Shown here: in pieces, positions 10,201 through 21,000 of the stretch
How positions within the stretch are numbered: position 1 is the stretch's first letter
Layout of the letters: each line of letters begins with the position of its first letter
NCBI GenBank assembly: GCA_950097015.1
Contig: CATNEN010000041.1
Location: forward strand, 3,100,001 to 3,164,000
Length of the DNA stretch: 64,000 nucleotides
Direction: 5' to 3'
DNA from: Macrostomum hystrix
Taxonomy: Eukaryota; Animalia; Platyhelminthes
The notes under the pieces: generated by a model
Database searches by the model: none
Told to the model about the DNA's origin: nothing
What the model saw: the letters and a program-made list of their open reading frames with translations, nothing else
Program-made: the position numbers and the translations under genes

Positions 10201-12792
10201 TTACTCTTGCCGCAATAGGCATTCTAAGAAATTCTGTCAATCAGTAGGCAGGCTCGCACATTACTCTTGCCGCAATAGGCATTCTAAGAAATTCTGTCAA
10301 TCAGTAGGCAGGCTCGCACATTACTCTTGCCGCAATAGGCATTCTAAGAAATTCTGTCAATCAGTAGGCAGGCTCGCACATTACTCTTGCCGCAATAGGC
10401 ATTCTAAGAAATTCTGTCAATAGCTTCTGAAATGCGCATGCTCGCCTCACCTTCGTACTCGCAGAGCGGCACAAGTTTAGTTGTCAGGTCGACGGTCCCC
10501 TCAAAGCTGGACACAAAGGAGGTGTAGTCAGAGTTTACTGAGCCGCTAAAGTACACCCTGGCCCTGGCGTCAGTGCAGTCGACCTGTGGCGATACGGGGC
10601 TGCCCGAGGGCCACTCGAATCTCGACCTGCTGGCTGTGGTGGGTGGTGGGCGGAGAGACTCAGTCAGCAGGCGCACAAAATACTCTAAAAAGTATCCTGA
10701 CTCACTGTTGCAGGCTGCCTGAGTCCACACACGCAGGTATCCGAAAGATCTCTTGAGCATCGCGCTGAGCAGCAGGATCTTCTTCTGCTCCGTGGTCGGC
10801 ATGGCCAGCTTGGCAAGGTTGGGTGTTGCCGTGGCCTGGCCGCACAATGTCGCGCTGGCCGAGTAGTTGAAGCTGCCTCTGGTTACCAAATCCTGTGTGT
10901 ACACGCAGAGTCCGAGGTCGGGCAGATAATCGGAGTTCCAGCCATTGCTCGGCAAGGTGCAGAGACCGCTGCTGTCGCCATGGCAACCCACAGGCAGAAG
11001 CGCCAGCAGGACTAGCAGAAACAGCTGGATAGAGCCTGCATCAGGGCGGATTGGGGCACGAGCTTTTGCTGTGATTTGTGACATTGTCCTGAACATTGCT
11101 CATGAATTCCTCAGCAGAGACGATGAATCGGTAAAGACTTTCTGAATTACCCTGGATCAGGAAAATCCAAGCTTCGTCAGTCAGCGGATGACATGAGCAG
11201 GCAGTGGTGACAGACTTACATGAGCAGGCAGTGCTCACAGACTTACATGAGCAGGCAGTGGTGACAGACTTACATGAGCAGGTAGTGGTCACAGACTTAC
11301 ATGAGCAGGCAGTGGTCACAGACTTACATGAGCAGGCAGTGGTCAAAGACTTACATGAGCAGGCAGTGGTCACAGACTTACATGAGCAGGCAGTGGTCAA
11401 AGACTTACATGAGCAGGCAGTGGTGACAGACTTACATGAGCAGGCAGTGGTCACAGACTTACATGAGCAGGCAGTGGTCACAGACTTACATGAGCAGGCA
11501 GTGGTCACAGACTTACATGAGCAGGAAGTGGTGACAGACTTACATGAGCAGGCAGTGGTGACAGACTTACATGAGCAGGCAGTGGTCACAGACTTACATG
11601 AGCAGGCAGTGGTCACAGACTTACATGAGCAGGCAGTGGTCACAGACTTACATGAGCAGGAAGTGGTCACAGACTTACATGAGCAGGAAGTGGTCACAGA
11701 CTTACATGAGCAGGAAGTGGTCACAGACTTACATGAGCAGGAAGTGGTCACAGACTTACATGAGCAGGTAGTGGTCACAGACTTACATGAGCAGGTAGTG
11801 CTGACAGACTTACATGAGCAGGCAGTGGTCACAGACTTACATGAGCAGGAAGTGGTCACAGACTTACATGAGCAGGAAGTGGTGACAGACTTACATGAGC
11901 AGGCAGTGGTGACAGACTTACATGAGCAGGCAGTGGTCACAGACTTACATGAGCAGGCAGTGGTCACAGACTTACATGAGCAGGAAGTGGTCACAGACTT
12001 ACATGAGCAGGAAGTGGTCACAGACTTACATGAGCAGGAAGTGGTCACAGACTTACATGAGCAGGAAGTGGTCACAGACTTACATGAGCAGGAAGTGGTC
12101 ACAGACTTACATGAGCAGGTAGTGGTCACAGACTTACATGAGCAGGTAGTGCTGACAGACTTACATGAGCAGGCAGTGGTCACAGACTTACATGAGCAGT
12201 CAGTGCTGACAGACTTACATGAGCAGGCAGTGGTCACAGACTTACATGAGCAGTCAGTGCTGACAGACTTACATGAGCAGGCAGTGGTGACAGACTTACA
12301 TGAGCAGGCAGTGGTGACAGACTTACATGAGCAGTCAGTGCTCACAGACTTACATGAGCAGGCAGTGGTGACAGACTTACATGAGCAGGTAGTGGTCACA
12401 GACTTACATGAGCAGGCAGTGGTCACAGACTTACATGAGCAGGCAGTGGTGACAGACTTACATGAGCAGGCAGTGGTCACAGACTTACATGAGCAGTCAG
12501 TGCTCACAGACTTACATGAGCAGGCAGTGGTCACAGACTTACATGAGCAGGCAGTGGTGACAGACTTACATAAGCAGGCAGTGCTCACAGACTTACATGA
12601 GCAGGCAGTGGTGACAGACTTACATGAGCAGGCAGTGCTCACAGACTTACATGAGCAGGCAGTGGTGACAGACTTACATGAGCAGGCAGTGGTCACAGAC
12701 TTACATGAGCAGTCAGTGCTCACAGACTTACATGAGCAGGCAGTGGTCACAGACTTACATGAGCAGGCAGTGGTTTGCAATGTCTTTTCCAT
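6644..12792 (-). CDS. Gene B: type I membrane protein, signal peptide + C-type-lectin-like domain + 4 sushi/CCP domains + TM (~640 aa, selectin-like architecture)
   Basis: Exons 12759-12792, 10706-11035, 10451-10633, 9567-9839, 9186-9428, 8815-9102, 7777-8121, 6644-6870. All junctions are GT-AG phase 1 and the total is 1923 nt, open. Signal: MEKTLQTTACSCSIQLFLLVLLALLPVGCHG. CTLD motifs: GW..LGLC, FEWPSG, LCEY. Sushi motifs: FNCAPGY, YRFGETIGLQCKRGY..GMW..C, YGARVRFTCLSGH..C..SGTW..C. TM: LGLVVIIILIVFFSTILIL. An alternative start at 11096/11084 without exon 1 is possible. Confidence 0.82.
6881..7678. repeat. 16-bp minisatellite (ggaatcaggggtgggt) filling the last intron of gene B
   Basis: About 50 variant units. 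It is the source of the GGIRGGWNQ ORFs. Confidence 0.95.
8170..8760. repeat. 28-bp minisatellite (agtcagtgaccctactcacagccactcc) in a gene B intron
   Basis: About 21 units. The sense-strand unit contains GTGAGT and CTGAC. Confidence 0.95.
9881..10420. repeat. 60-bp perfect tandem repeat (9 copies) in a gene B intron
   Basis: Consecutive 60-nt sequence lines are identical. Confidence 0.97.
11190..12774. repeat. 27-bp minisatellite spanning the exon 1/intron 1 junction of gene B
   Basis: Minus-strand unit ACCACTGCCTGCTCAT|GTAAGTCTGTG. cttac motifs run from 11219 to 12758 = 57 x 27 bp. Confidence 0.97.
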
Positions 12793-13887
12793 ATCTGTTC
12801 TGTTGGATGTTATGACACTGGCTGAGCAGTCCTCAGATGATCCTGTTGTCCAGTTAGGCCCTGCTCAGCAGCCTGGCCGCTGCAGGGGGTTAAGTCGAGG
12901 CTTCAGTGTTTTGTCGCAGTGTTGCTATGGCAACCCCAATTTCCTAGCTGGGCAAGAGGTGCTGGCTTAGAGCTGGGCCACGGTTAGTCTTAGCCAGGGG
13001 GGGATACGACAGATGAGGAGGCTCAAAGTGGGAGGCTTTGATGATGGGATAATAAAATTGGGAGTCTGAGTGCCCAGCGCTTATCCAGTCTGTTGCTCCG
13101 CGGCTCTGCCTAACAGCAGGGCCCGCAGCAGCTCCCCAATGCACGGGGGAACTTGTCATTGCGGGATAACTGCCTGACTACTAGGAAAGTATCGATTTTT
13201 TCGGTAGTGCAGACCCTCCTAGGGCTGAAGTGGTCAGGCACAATGGCCAGTGTACAGTGGACAAATGCTCGATTCTAATTTTAATGCATAAAAACTTTAG
13301 CAGCAAATGCAGGTAGTATCATTGCTACTGAGAGATGCTTTGCAAGAGAAGATTTGCAGGAGAAGCTATGTGTGCTGTCCAATGATTATCTTAGCTTTTA
13401 TTTAACTAAATAAACATGATTATTGTCTTTATAATGCGTCATTCACTATGAAAGTTAAAAATGCATGCCGAAATTCTAGGAAGTAAGGCCATGAATACAG
13501 ATAGTTTTCATCTGTCCAAAAGTGCATAGAATATGAACTACACTTGTTTTCTAAAAAGTTGCATTGCCAAGTACACGCTGATGACTCATAACTGGCCCCG
13601 CAATGTCCAGTTGGCAGGATATTCTCTCCGTCCTCTCTAACCCTCTGCGTCCTCTGAGGCCGCATTGAAGCCTCAAGTTTCTTGCCACTTCTACCCCCAG
13701 CCTCGAATGTGATTGGCTGGCCAGTTTGCCCGCCACCCGAGCTCTCCAACAGCTGCATAGAAAAACTGCCAACTATTGGTAAATGGAGACTTGAACGGCA
13801 GTTGGCTCGCTACTCCAGCTAATATTCGCTGCACAAGCTTCACCAGACGCAACGGCAGCAGCTCTATTTGAAAGGCCACGGAAAGCT

Positions 13888-15435
13888 ATGAAGGACAGTC
13901 GGCCGAGGAGGCACCCGTTGATGGCCCTCAGAGAGCGACTTAAGGGCGGCGGTCCGTTAGGCGCCGGGCCTGCGGCGAAGCGCAGTGCAGCATCTGCCGC
14001 CGCAGCCACTCTGTCCTCGATGACAAGAGCGAAGGAGGCACCGCTGTACTACCTGCCACCTCTCAGGGGAGCAGGGCACCACAGAGCCGGCCCCCAGCTG
14101 CTCAGCGACCAGCTCTATGAGACTGTTCACCCGTTGCTGTTCAACTCGGCCTCGCCCTCCATCAGCGGCATTGCCGGCAGTGGAGGCGACGGCGACTCGC
14201 TGATGCTCGGCGGTGGCGCCGCAGTTGCTAGACTGGGCGGAGGCGGCTCAGGAATCTCTTCCGCAGCCACGTCGTCAGTGTCAACACGGCCAGACAGCGA
14301 CGCCTCGGCTGGAGGACGTCGGCCGAACTGCGACTGCGACTTCTGCCAGCGGGTGGCAGCAGCAGACTTCTCACCAGACATCACAGCGGCGGCGGCGGCC
14401 TTGGCGGCAGCGGCGGCGGCGACAGCTGGATCCGACGTTACCAGGTCCGAGACAATCGACTGGTACAATGTGTCCGCCGAGATCGAGGCCGCTGCTGCTG
14501 CCGCCTCGGCTGCTTCAAAGTCAGCCGCCGTGACTCAGCTGCGTGATCGAGCAACCGCGACAGTTGGAGACAGCACGCGGGAGTTCTTCGGCGATGAAGT
14601 TCGCCTGACACTCCAGAGTTCCGCTGCCATGCCGTCAACAGTGGCCACCGCGGCCGCTGCCTCATCGACGCCGCATCAGCGGGCTCAGCAGAGTCAGCTG
14701 CCTGGAGAGTCCGCGATGCCGCCTTACTCTCGGCAGCTGCTGGCCCGCCTGCTGGCCGAGCCATCACCGAGCACCACTACCAACACGGAGGGTGGTCAGG
14801 ATGGCGACTTTCGGCATTCGCCAACGTCGTCCTCACCATCTGTTGGCAGCTTCATCGTGGGATCGCCGCTGCTGCACAACAGCCGCTGCAGCCCTGCAGC
14901 GAGCGGCGGCCTCACTGGCGGCGCACCCGTCAATCCCGATCTCGCCGGCCTCGACTTCAGCGGCGCTGCCAGCAGCTGCCGGCTGATTGGCTCAGTCGCT
15001 ACCCCGACTTCAACTTCATCGCTGCTGTCTGCGACTCCTCCGCCTCCGCCACCACGGTCGATGCCATCAATTCGGCATCAGAGGCCGCGTCCTCGCCTTC
15101 CTCACTGGAGCAACCTGCGAGTCTCGGGGCTCGCCCAGTCGCCATCCTCGACCTCGTCCTACAAGTCTTCCCTGATACCGTCCAGCACCGAGTCCTCCTT
15201 GAGTGGCTACAGGCCCGGCTCGATTGTGCTCACGCCACCGCCCGGGTTTGGCAGCCCGGCGCCCGATGTCACCGTGGTTGCCGCGGTATCGTCTTCGGCT
15301 GAGGACGACACAGCCAGCCTGGAAGGCGCCGGCTTCGGCCGCGGTGCCTCAGCCCTGCGGCTTCGCCGGTTCCGCAGGATGGCGCCGCAGCTGCGGCGGG
15401 CGAACGCATTTTCGAGTAAGCTGCGCTGGCACTGA
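13888..15435 (+). CDS. Uncharacterised 515-aa Ser/Ala/Pro-rich, largely low-complexity protein
   Basis: Long non-repetitive GC-rich ORF with the same poly-Ala style as real exons in this window. No domain recognised. A GTAAGC donor at 15416 could mean the real C-terminus is spliced. Confidence 0.6.
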   Translation: MKDSRPRRHPLMALRERLKGGGPLGAGPAAKRSAASAAAATLSSMTRAKEAPLYYLPPLRGAGHHRAGPQLLSDQLYETVHPLLFNSASPSISGIAGSGGDGDSLMLGGGAAVARLGGGGSGISSAATSSVSTRPDSDASAGGRRPNCDCDFCQRVAAADFSPDITAAAAALAAAAAATAGSDVTRSETIDWYNVSAEIEAAAAAASAASKSAAVTQLRDRATATVGDSTREFFGDEVRLTLQSSAAMPSTVATAAAASSTPHQRAQQSQLPGESAMPPYSRQLLARLLAEPSPSTTTNTEGGQDGDFRHSPTSSSPSVGSFIVGSPLLHNSRCSPAASGGLTGGAPVNPDLAGLDFSGAASSCRLIGSVATPTSTSSLLSATPPPPPPRSMPSIRHQRPRPRLPHWSNLRVSGLAQSPSSTSSYKSSLIPSSTESSLSGYRPGSIVLTPPPGFGSPAPDVTVVAAVSSSAEDDTASLEGAGFGRGASALRLRRFRRMAPQLRRANAFSSKLRWH

Positions 15436-17055
15436 CTCGGCGCAGAATTGTTTTACTGAGGTCCCGCGCCCAGAGATTTGTTTTAATTAGTTAGCGTAAT
15501 ATTCTTAGTTTTTTCTCAGCTTTTCCTATTGAGACACTTCAAAGCAGGCTTTTATTGCGAACTCAGCAGGTTTTAAGCTGATTCCCGTGACCCACCTGTA
15601 CAGCCGCCCCGCCCCATTCGCTAATATAATACGTGTGTAATATCGGTGACAGTCTGCCTGCGGATTGCAGGACACCATTCTGCTCCTCTCCCAGCTTGAA
15701 GTCCCTTGTTCAAACTCTCAGTTGTTTTAGACCCGTTTTGCTTGCTTCCTCGCTTTTTGTCTTGAAACACTTTTTATCGATCGATTGGACCAAGTGCTTC
15801 TCAGCTCACGAGAGCGCTTATTTTAGTCTTTGTAGTATTTGCTCATCAGTTGGCAGTCTTTGTTCCTGTGGCTGCGTTATTGATAATCTTCATAATAGAA
15901 AACTGAAAATTGCGCGAGTCCGAGACAATGGGTCTGAGTTATCAACTAATTCCGCCAGGTTTGGCACGCTTTTCATGTTGCAGGAAAATTTTATCCACTT
16001 TTTGCAGCTTAAATTTTGCAGCGCAACTTTGGTTCTCAGAATATCGAATATGAAAACGCATTTTATATTTGTACAATATTTTCCAGACTTCATTTGTCAT
16101 TTGAGAGGATGCACAAGCAAAGAGTGGGCTAAAGTTAAGTCGATATACAAGAAATCAGTTTTTTTCTAATTAAATTATCACTTCGACATGTGAATTAGCC
16201 CAAAAATGTATTGCATTTATTCTCTTACCGTTAAATTCTACTATCAGTAGCGAGTCACGAAGTTCGAAATATAAGTCAAAAATTAGCTTTGACTGATGGC
16301 TTACACAGGCACGAGACTCGCATTGGTTGGCCCTTTCCGCCCTGTGACGGCTGACACTATCGGCACTCCAACAGCTCATTCTGTTACACACAGACGCTCA
16401 GAAGGGCAGGGAGACAGTGGGTGAGTCGGTCTTGAAGAGCCTTGCTGCTGAGCGTGCCGTATAGCAGCGGCAGGCAGCGGGCCCTATTATCATAGAGCCC
16501 GCAATGTCTCTGTGCATTGTTGTCAGTTTTCCGCACCGCCGACCCCCCTTGCCCCTTCATCTCCTCACAGCCAGCAGCGGAGTCTGTCTGCTTTGAATGG
16601 CCATTTTCTGTATTCGTGCTTCACCGCTGCCAAAATGCTGGACTGCTGGCGGAGACCCATGTGGGGGGAGCGGCTACCCGTTGCAGTTTTTTTGGTCAGG
16701 GCAGGGGTTGGAGACACAACGCTACTCAAGTTGTCAGGGTAACATTCACGAAGAGATGAAGGGCAGGTGAGGGGAGGCTGCAGCTGCGCTCAGAATTTGT
16801 TGCCAATGCGAGAGCATTGTTTTCTGTCCCCAGCCTGTCCTCCGCTCCTCTGCCCCGCTCTTCTTTATTTTCTTCTTCTGCTGTGTTTTGTGGATTCTTT
16901 GCAATCCTATTTTCTGACCACCCGCCCGCGCCTCCCAATTTCCTCATCCCAACAGCCAATTCCCAGCAAGCCAGGGAGTTTCTGGTGCAGGCCATAAGCA
17001 GAGGACTCAGGTGCTCACTCTTCAGGTTTCTTCAAAACAGAGATCCACTGCAGCA

Positions 17056-17541
17056 ATGGCGGCGGCTACTAACCCTTCTGACGAGCCTGAGGTGAGCGAG
17101 GAGGAGCTGACGCGGTGGAACGACGTGTTCTCCCTGTTCGACAAGTACGGCGACGGCAACATCGACAATGACACTCTGGGCGCCGTAATGCGCGCGCTTG
17201 GCCGATTGCCCACGGAGGCAGAGCTGCAGAAGCTCATCGCAGAAGTCGACACGGACGGCAACGGGACCATGGACTTTGACGAGTTCTACCAGGTCATGTT
17301 GCGGTTTCCTAAGCTGCAGGGCTCCGTGGAGGAGCTCTCAGACGCCATCAAGGTGCTGGACCACAATTGCGATGGCTACATAAACATGCAGGAGCTGCGG
17401 CACCTGCTCACCACCAAGGGCGAGCCGCTGACTGATGAGGAGTTGGACGCTCTGCTCAACACCTTTCCTGCCGACGGCGATGGACGCGTCTCCTACCGGC
17501 TCATTGCTGAGAGCATCTGCGACTTGGGCGAGGAGTTGTGA
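17056..17541 (+). CDS. Calmodulin-like / myosin-light-chain-like EF-hand protein (161 aa, intronless CDS)
   Basis: VFSLFDKYGDGNI..LGAVMRALG..PTEAELQKLIAEVDTDGNGTMDFDEF..VLDHNCDGYINMQELRHLLTTKGEPLTDEE follows the calmodulin pattern. Confidence 0.9.
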   Translation: MAAATNPSDEPEVSEEELTRWNDVFSLFDKYGDGNIDNDTLGAVMRALGRLPTEAELQKLIAEVDTDGNGTMDFDEFYQVMLRFPKLQGSVEELSDAIKVLDHNCDGYINMQELRHLLTTKGEPLTDEELDALLNTFPADGDGRVSYRLIAESICDLGEEL

Positions 17542-17836
17542 GCTGCAGAGGGTTTTGGACGCACATGTACTTTTATCTGTATCGGGAGTCTTATTCAGAA
17601 TTTGTGCTGCCTCCGCACTGAGATCAAGACATAATTTATTTTTATGTTTGTATCTTGGTTTTATAACTTCACTGGTGTCGAAATTTAGTTCCCGAAGTTC
17701 GAAGTTTTGAATATTACATGCAGATGACAATCAAAGCCGTCAGCAAAAACCTGCTTTGGTGCTGATTCACCTGCAAACACTGAGGCAAAGGAAAATAAAT
17801 AGACTGGCTCGAATTGGACGAAATTCTGGGGCGTGA

Positions 17837-18086
17837 GAAACGATTTGTATCTCATGGAATCATACACTTGCACATGGAATTCGGGTGAAACGATTTGTAT
17901 CTCATGGAATCATACACTTGCACATGGAATTCGGGTGAAACGATTTGTATCTCATGGAATCATACACTTGCACATGGAATTCGGGTGAAACGATTTGTAT
18001 CTCATGGAATCATACACTTGCACATGGAATTCGGGTGAAACGATTTGTATCTCATGGAATCATACACTTGCACATGGAATTCGGGC
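17837..18086. repeat. 50-bp tandem repeat (~5 copies)
   Basis: Unit tcgggtgaaacgatttgtatctcatggaatcatacacttgcacatggaat. Confidence 0.92.
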
Positions 18087-21000
18087 ATCATTTTCGCAAG
18101 AGATCTAAGGATCCTGTAAAGAATACTTTTTCTGCCAGCAGTTTGCGTTGCCAAAAACTTTGCAGTGCCCAACTGCTTTGTATTCTGCATCGAATAGTAT
18201 TTGCATTATTTAGTTTTGTTCCCAGTTTCTACAACAAGGGTTCCGTGAGAGATCGAGCAGTGGCCTTAAAAAAGATCAGTAGTTCAATATTATAATTACG
18301 GTCTATAATATTCATGTATATGTAATGCACCTATGCGACATGAATGAATTACAATATTATTGTTTTCAATAGCTCTAGATAAAGAATGTCAAAATATTTC
18401 GAAATAATGTAAGATTCAGCTCGTAACTAAGACTTTTTAACATGCTATAGACTGCCCTGCTGCAGTGGCTCATGCTGCTACAACAGCACGTTGTACATAC
18501 ACGATAAATACAACATTATTTCTTATAAACTTCTAGCTTCTTAAAAAATTTAAATTTGCGTGGCTATACTTTAATTAATAAGTTTCACTCTATCAAGATC
18601 CAATAATCTAGATCATATATGCAAGGCGCTTGTAGCACAGTCGAACTTTTGAATTGGAATTTCGGGAGTAGGAGGTCCAGTTTTGGAATCTCGATCAGCC
18701 CAAAGGGAAGCACTTTTTACTTGATCCAACACTAATTGAGATCCCTAAGTGCTTCAGTTCACGGAACTTTGAACTTTGTACTATCAGCTCCTGGAATATA
18801 AATTTGAATGTGCGTGGCAGCCTCCCCAGTCTTAAATAGCGTTCGGTAGCGCCACGCAACAGCTGCCTGCGGCTGTACCACTGGCTGTAACCCAGCTAGG
18901 TGCACTTTCTCTAAACTTAATTTACTAAATAAATTTGTATATTTTAGTGTTCGTGAAAACGAATATGAATTTTATGAAATGTTGCAAAATTTGTGGGTCT
19001 GTTGTTAAATGAAAGCTTAGCTGATCGTGCTTTGAAAATTTTCTCTCGATATTTCACAGAAGACCACTTTGTGAAATGTAGGTCTAGGTCTAGGTCTCAT
19101 GCACCGACACCAAGCTGTGATGGTTGGATTACAAATCAGATGCATGGAGAGATAAACTATTAAACGAAGCAGGGCATTCCTTACGTTCCGACCATTTTAT
19201 TTGTCTCGAATTTATACGTTTCACATTTCCGATTGTTTCCGAGACAATTGTGCTTTTTGTGTTCTATATTGTCTTTTTTTACATAAGAAAGTTTGAGCTA
19301 CGTGACGTTCGGGCTTTTTAAGATATAACAAACGTGACAAAAGTCTACCTTATCAGCAAATATTTAAACATTATCTTGTGCATGAAATGCAGTTTACTGT
19401 TACTATAATTAAAGAATAGAGCAGTGAGAGCCAATAAACTGTACGACTACTTTATTGCGACAAGTAAAAAATATTATTTACGAAAATTGTAAAAAAAATT
19501 ATACGACTTATTTTCAGTATTTACTAGGTAGTAGTTATAACTTTCAATAAATTGTTCGCGACTTTTGTCAATCATATTCTTTTTCATGTATGAACCATGC
19601 CGATTGGACAAAGATGTAAATAGGCAAAATATGTAGTAGAGAACAAAAAATATACTCGAGTATTGTAAAGCTAGTCTACTTAAATATTCTATTATAAGAA
19701 CTTATAGTTAGTCTATAAATGTCGTTAATCTATGATTGTGGGAAGTTTAGTACATAATTTGTGTAAATCATTAGGCTCCTTGTTATTTTAAAGAGATTTA
19801 TTTTGTTCCTATACAGAATGCATGTGACAACAGCATAACTAAATAACAAAGACAACCTTGTTTTTCTTATTATTACTTAGCTATCATTTGTATAGTAGGC
19901 CTAGGGCCTAGCTTAATTTGGGATACTGATACTTGAATATTTTTTGTTAATAGCCAACCTAGCTACTGCTAAAATAGCAGCATTGCACAGACAATTTGGT
20001 TATAGAGAAGGGAAGCAATTGTTAATTGATAGCCTAGCTATTCTCCGGACCCTTAAACATGCATACATATAGCTGCTCAGTACCTGGACACCTGCATGGA
20101 CTTATAGCAATATTATATGCATTTTTCCTTTAATTTTTTCATTGTTCACACATAGCCCTAATGCCATAGTAATGAAGGTGATAGTTAGGTCAGAAAATTT
20201 AATTTAATTTAAGGTAAAAATATAATAAAAAAATAAAATGTAATAAAAATAAAAAATCAAATAAGGTAAATATAATTTTTTTATTTTTAATGCACTGTTT
20301 TTTTCATCGAAATAATAATTCTGTTTTCCTTGATTAATTATTTGAAACTGCAAAATATTGCCATAAATTTAATATTAAGGTAAATACAATTTATTATATG
20401 ATAAATTTATTGCCAATCTTTACTATTACTCTTTATTAGTAATTCACCATTTTTTGAAGAAAGCTTTTTTGTCTGTTAGTTATTTTCAATTAATTTAGGT
20501 AAACTTTTTTGTGGTCAAATTTATTTTCCCACACACTGCTACATTCCTGACTAGGCCAACGGCTAATGTAATGATTATCTTAATCATTCAAAATTATAAA
20601 GGCTACAATTACAGTTGGCCTAAAGTCAAATACTACCCTAATGGAGAATATATGCTGTAATTTCTTTCCCAAGCATTATGGTGCTAGGCTTCTTGTCAGG
20701 TTTGAGTTTTGAACTGTCCAGAATTTACTATAGAAGAAAGTTATAGGAAAGGCATTCAGACATTAGGGTCTGTGGTAACTAGCTTATAGGCAAGATGCAT
20801 ATAGTATAGACACTCATTGTCTTCTAAATATAATTGCTAACTTTGTCTTATGAGTGAGTAGCCACCTGTCAGGAAATAATAGCAGGGTATGAACTGAGAG
20901 CAACTTGAATCCCATTGGGTGTAAGGTAGTAAAGATAGAAAGAATTGAAACAAAAATAATAAAGCCAGAGTCAAGAGTCTTACAAGGAGGATTGAAACCA

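Noticed and set aside
11204-12970. 588-aa plus-strand ORF (VVTDLHEQA)n, and the 583-aa minus-strand ORF as a standalone metallothionein-like protein
   Set aside because: Both are read-throughs of a 27-bp array. The minus frame matters only as exon 1 and the donor ladder of gene B.
15636-16388. Possible solo LTR (TGTAA...TTACA ends)
   Set aside because: No target-site duplication, PBS or PPT found; the ORF 15633-16169 is not recognisable.
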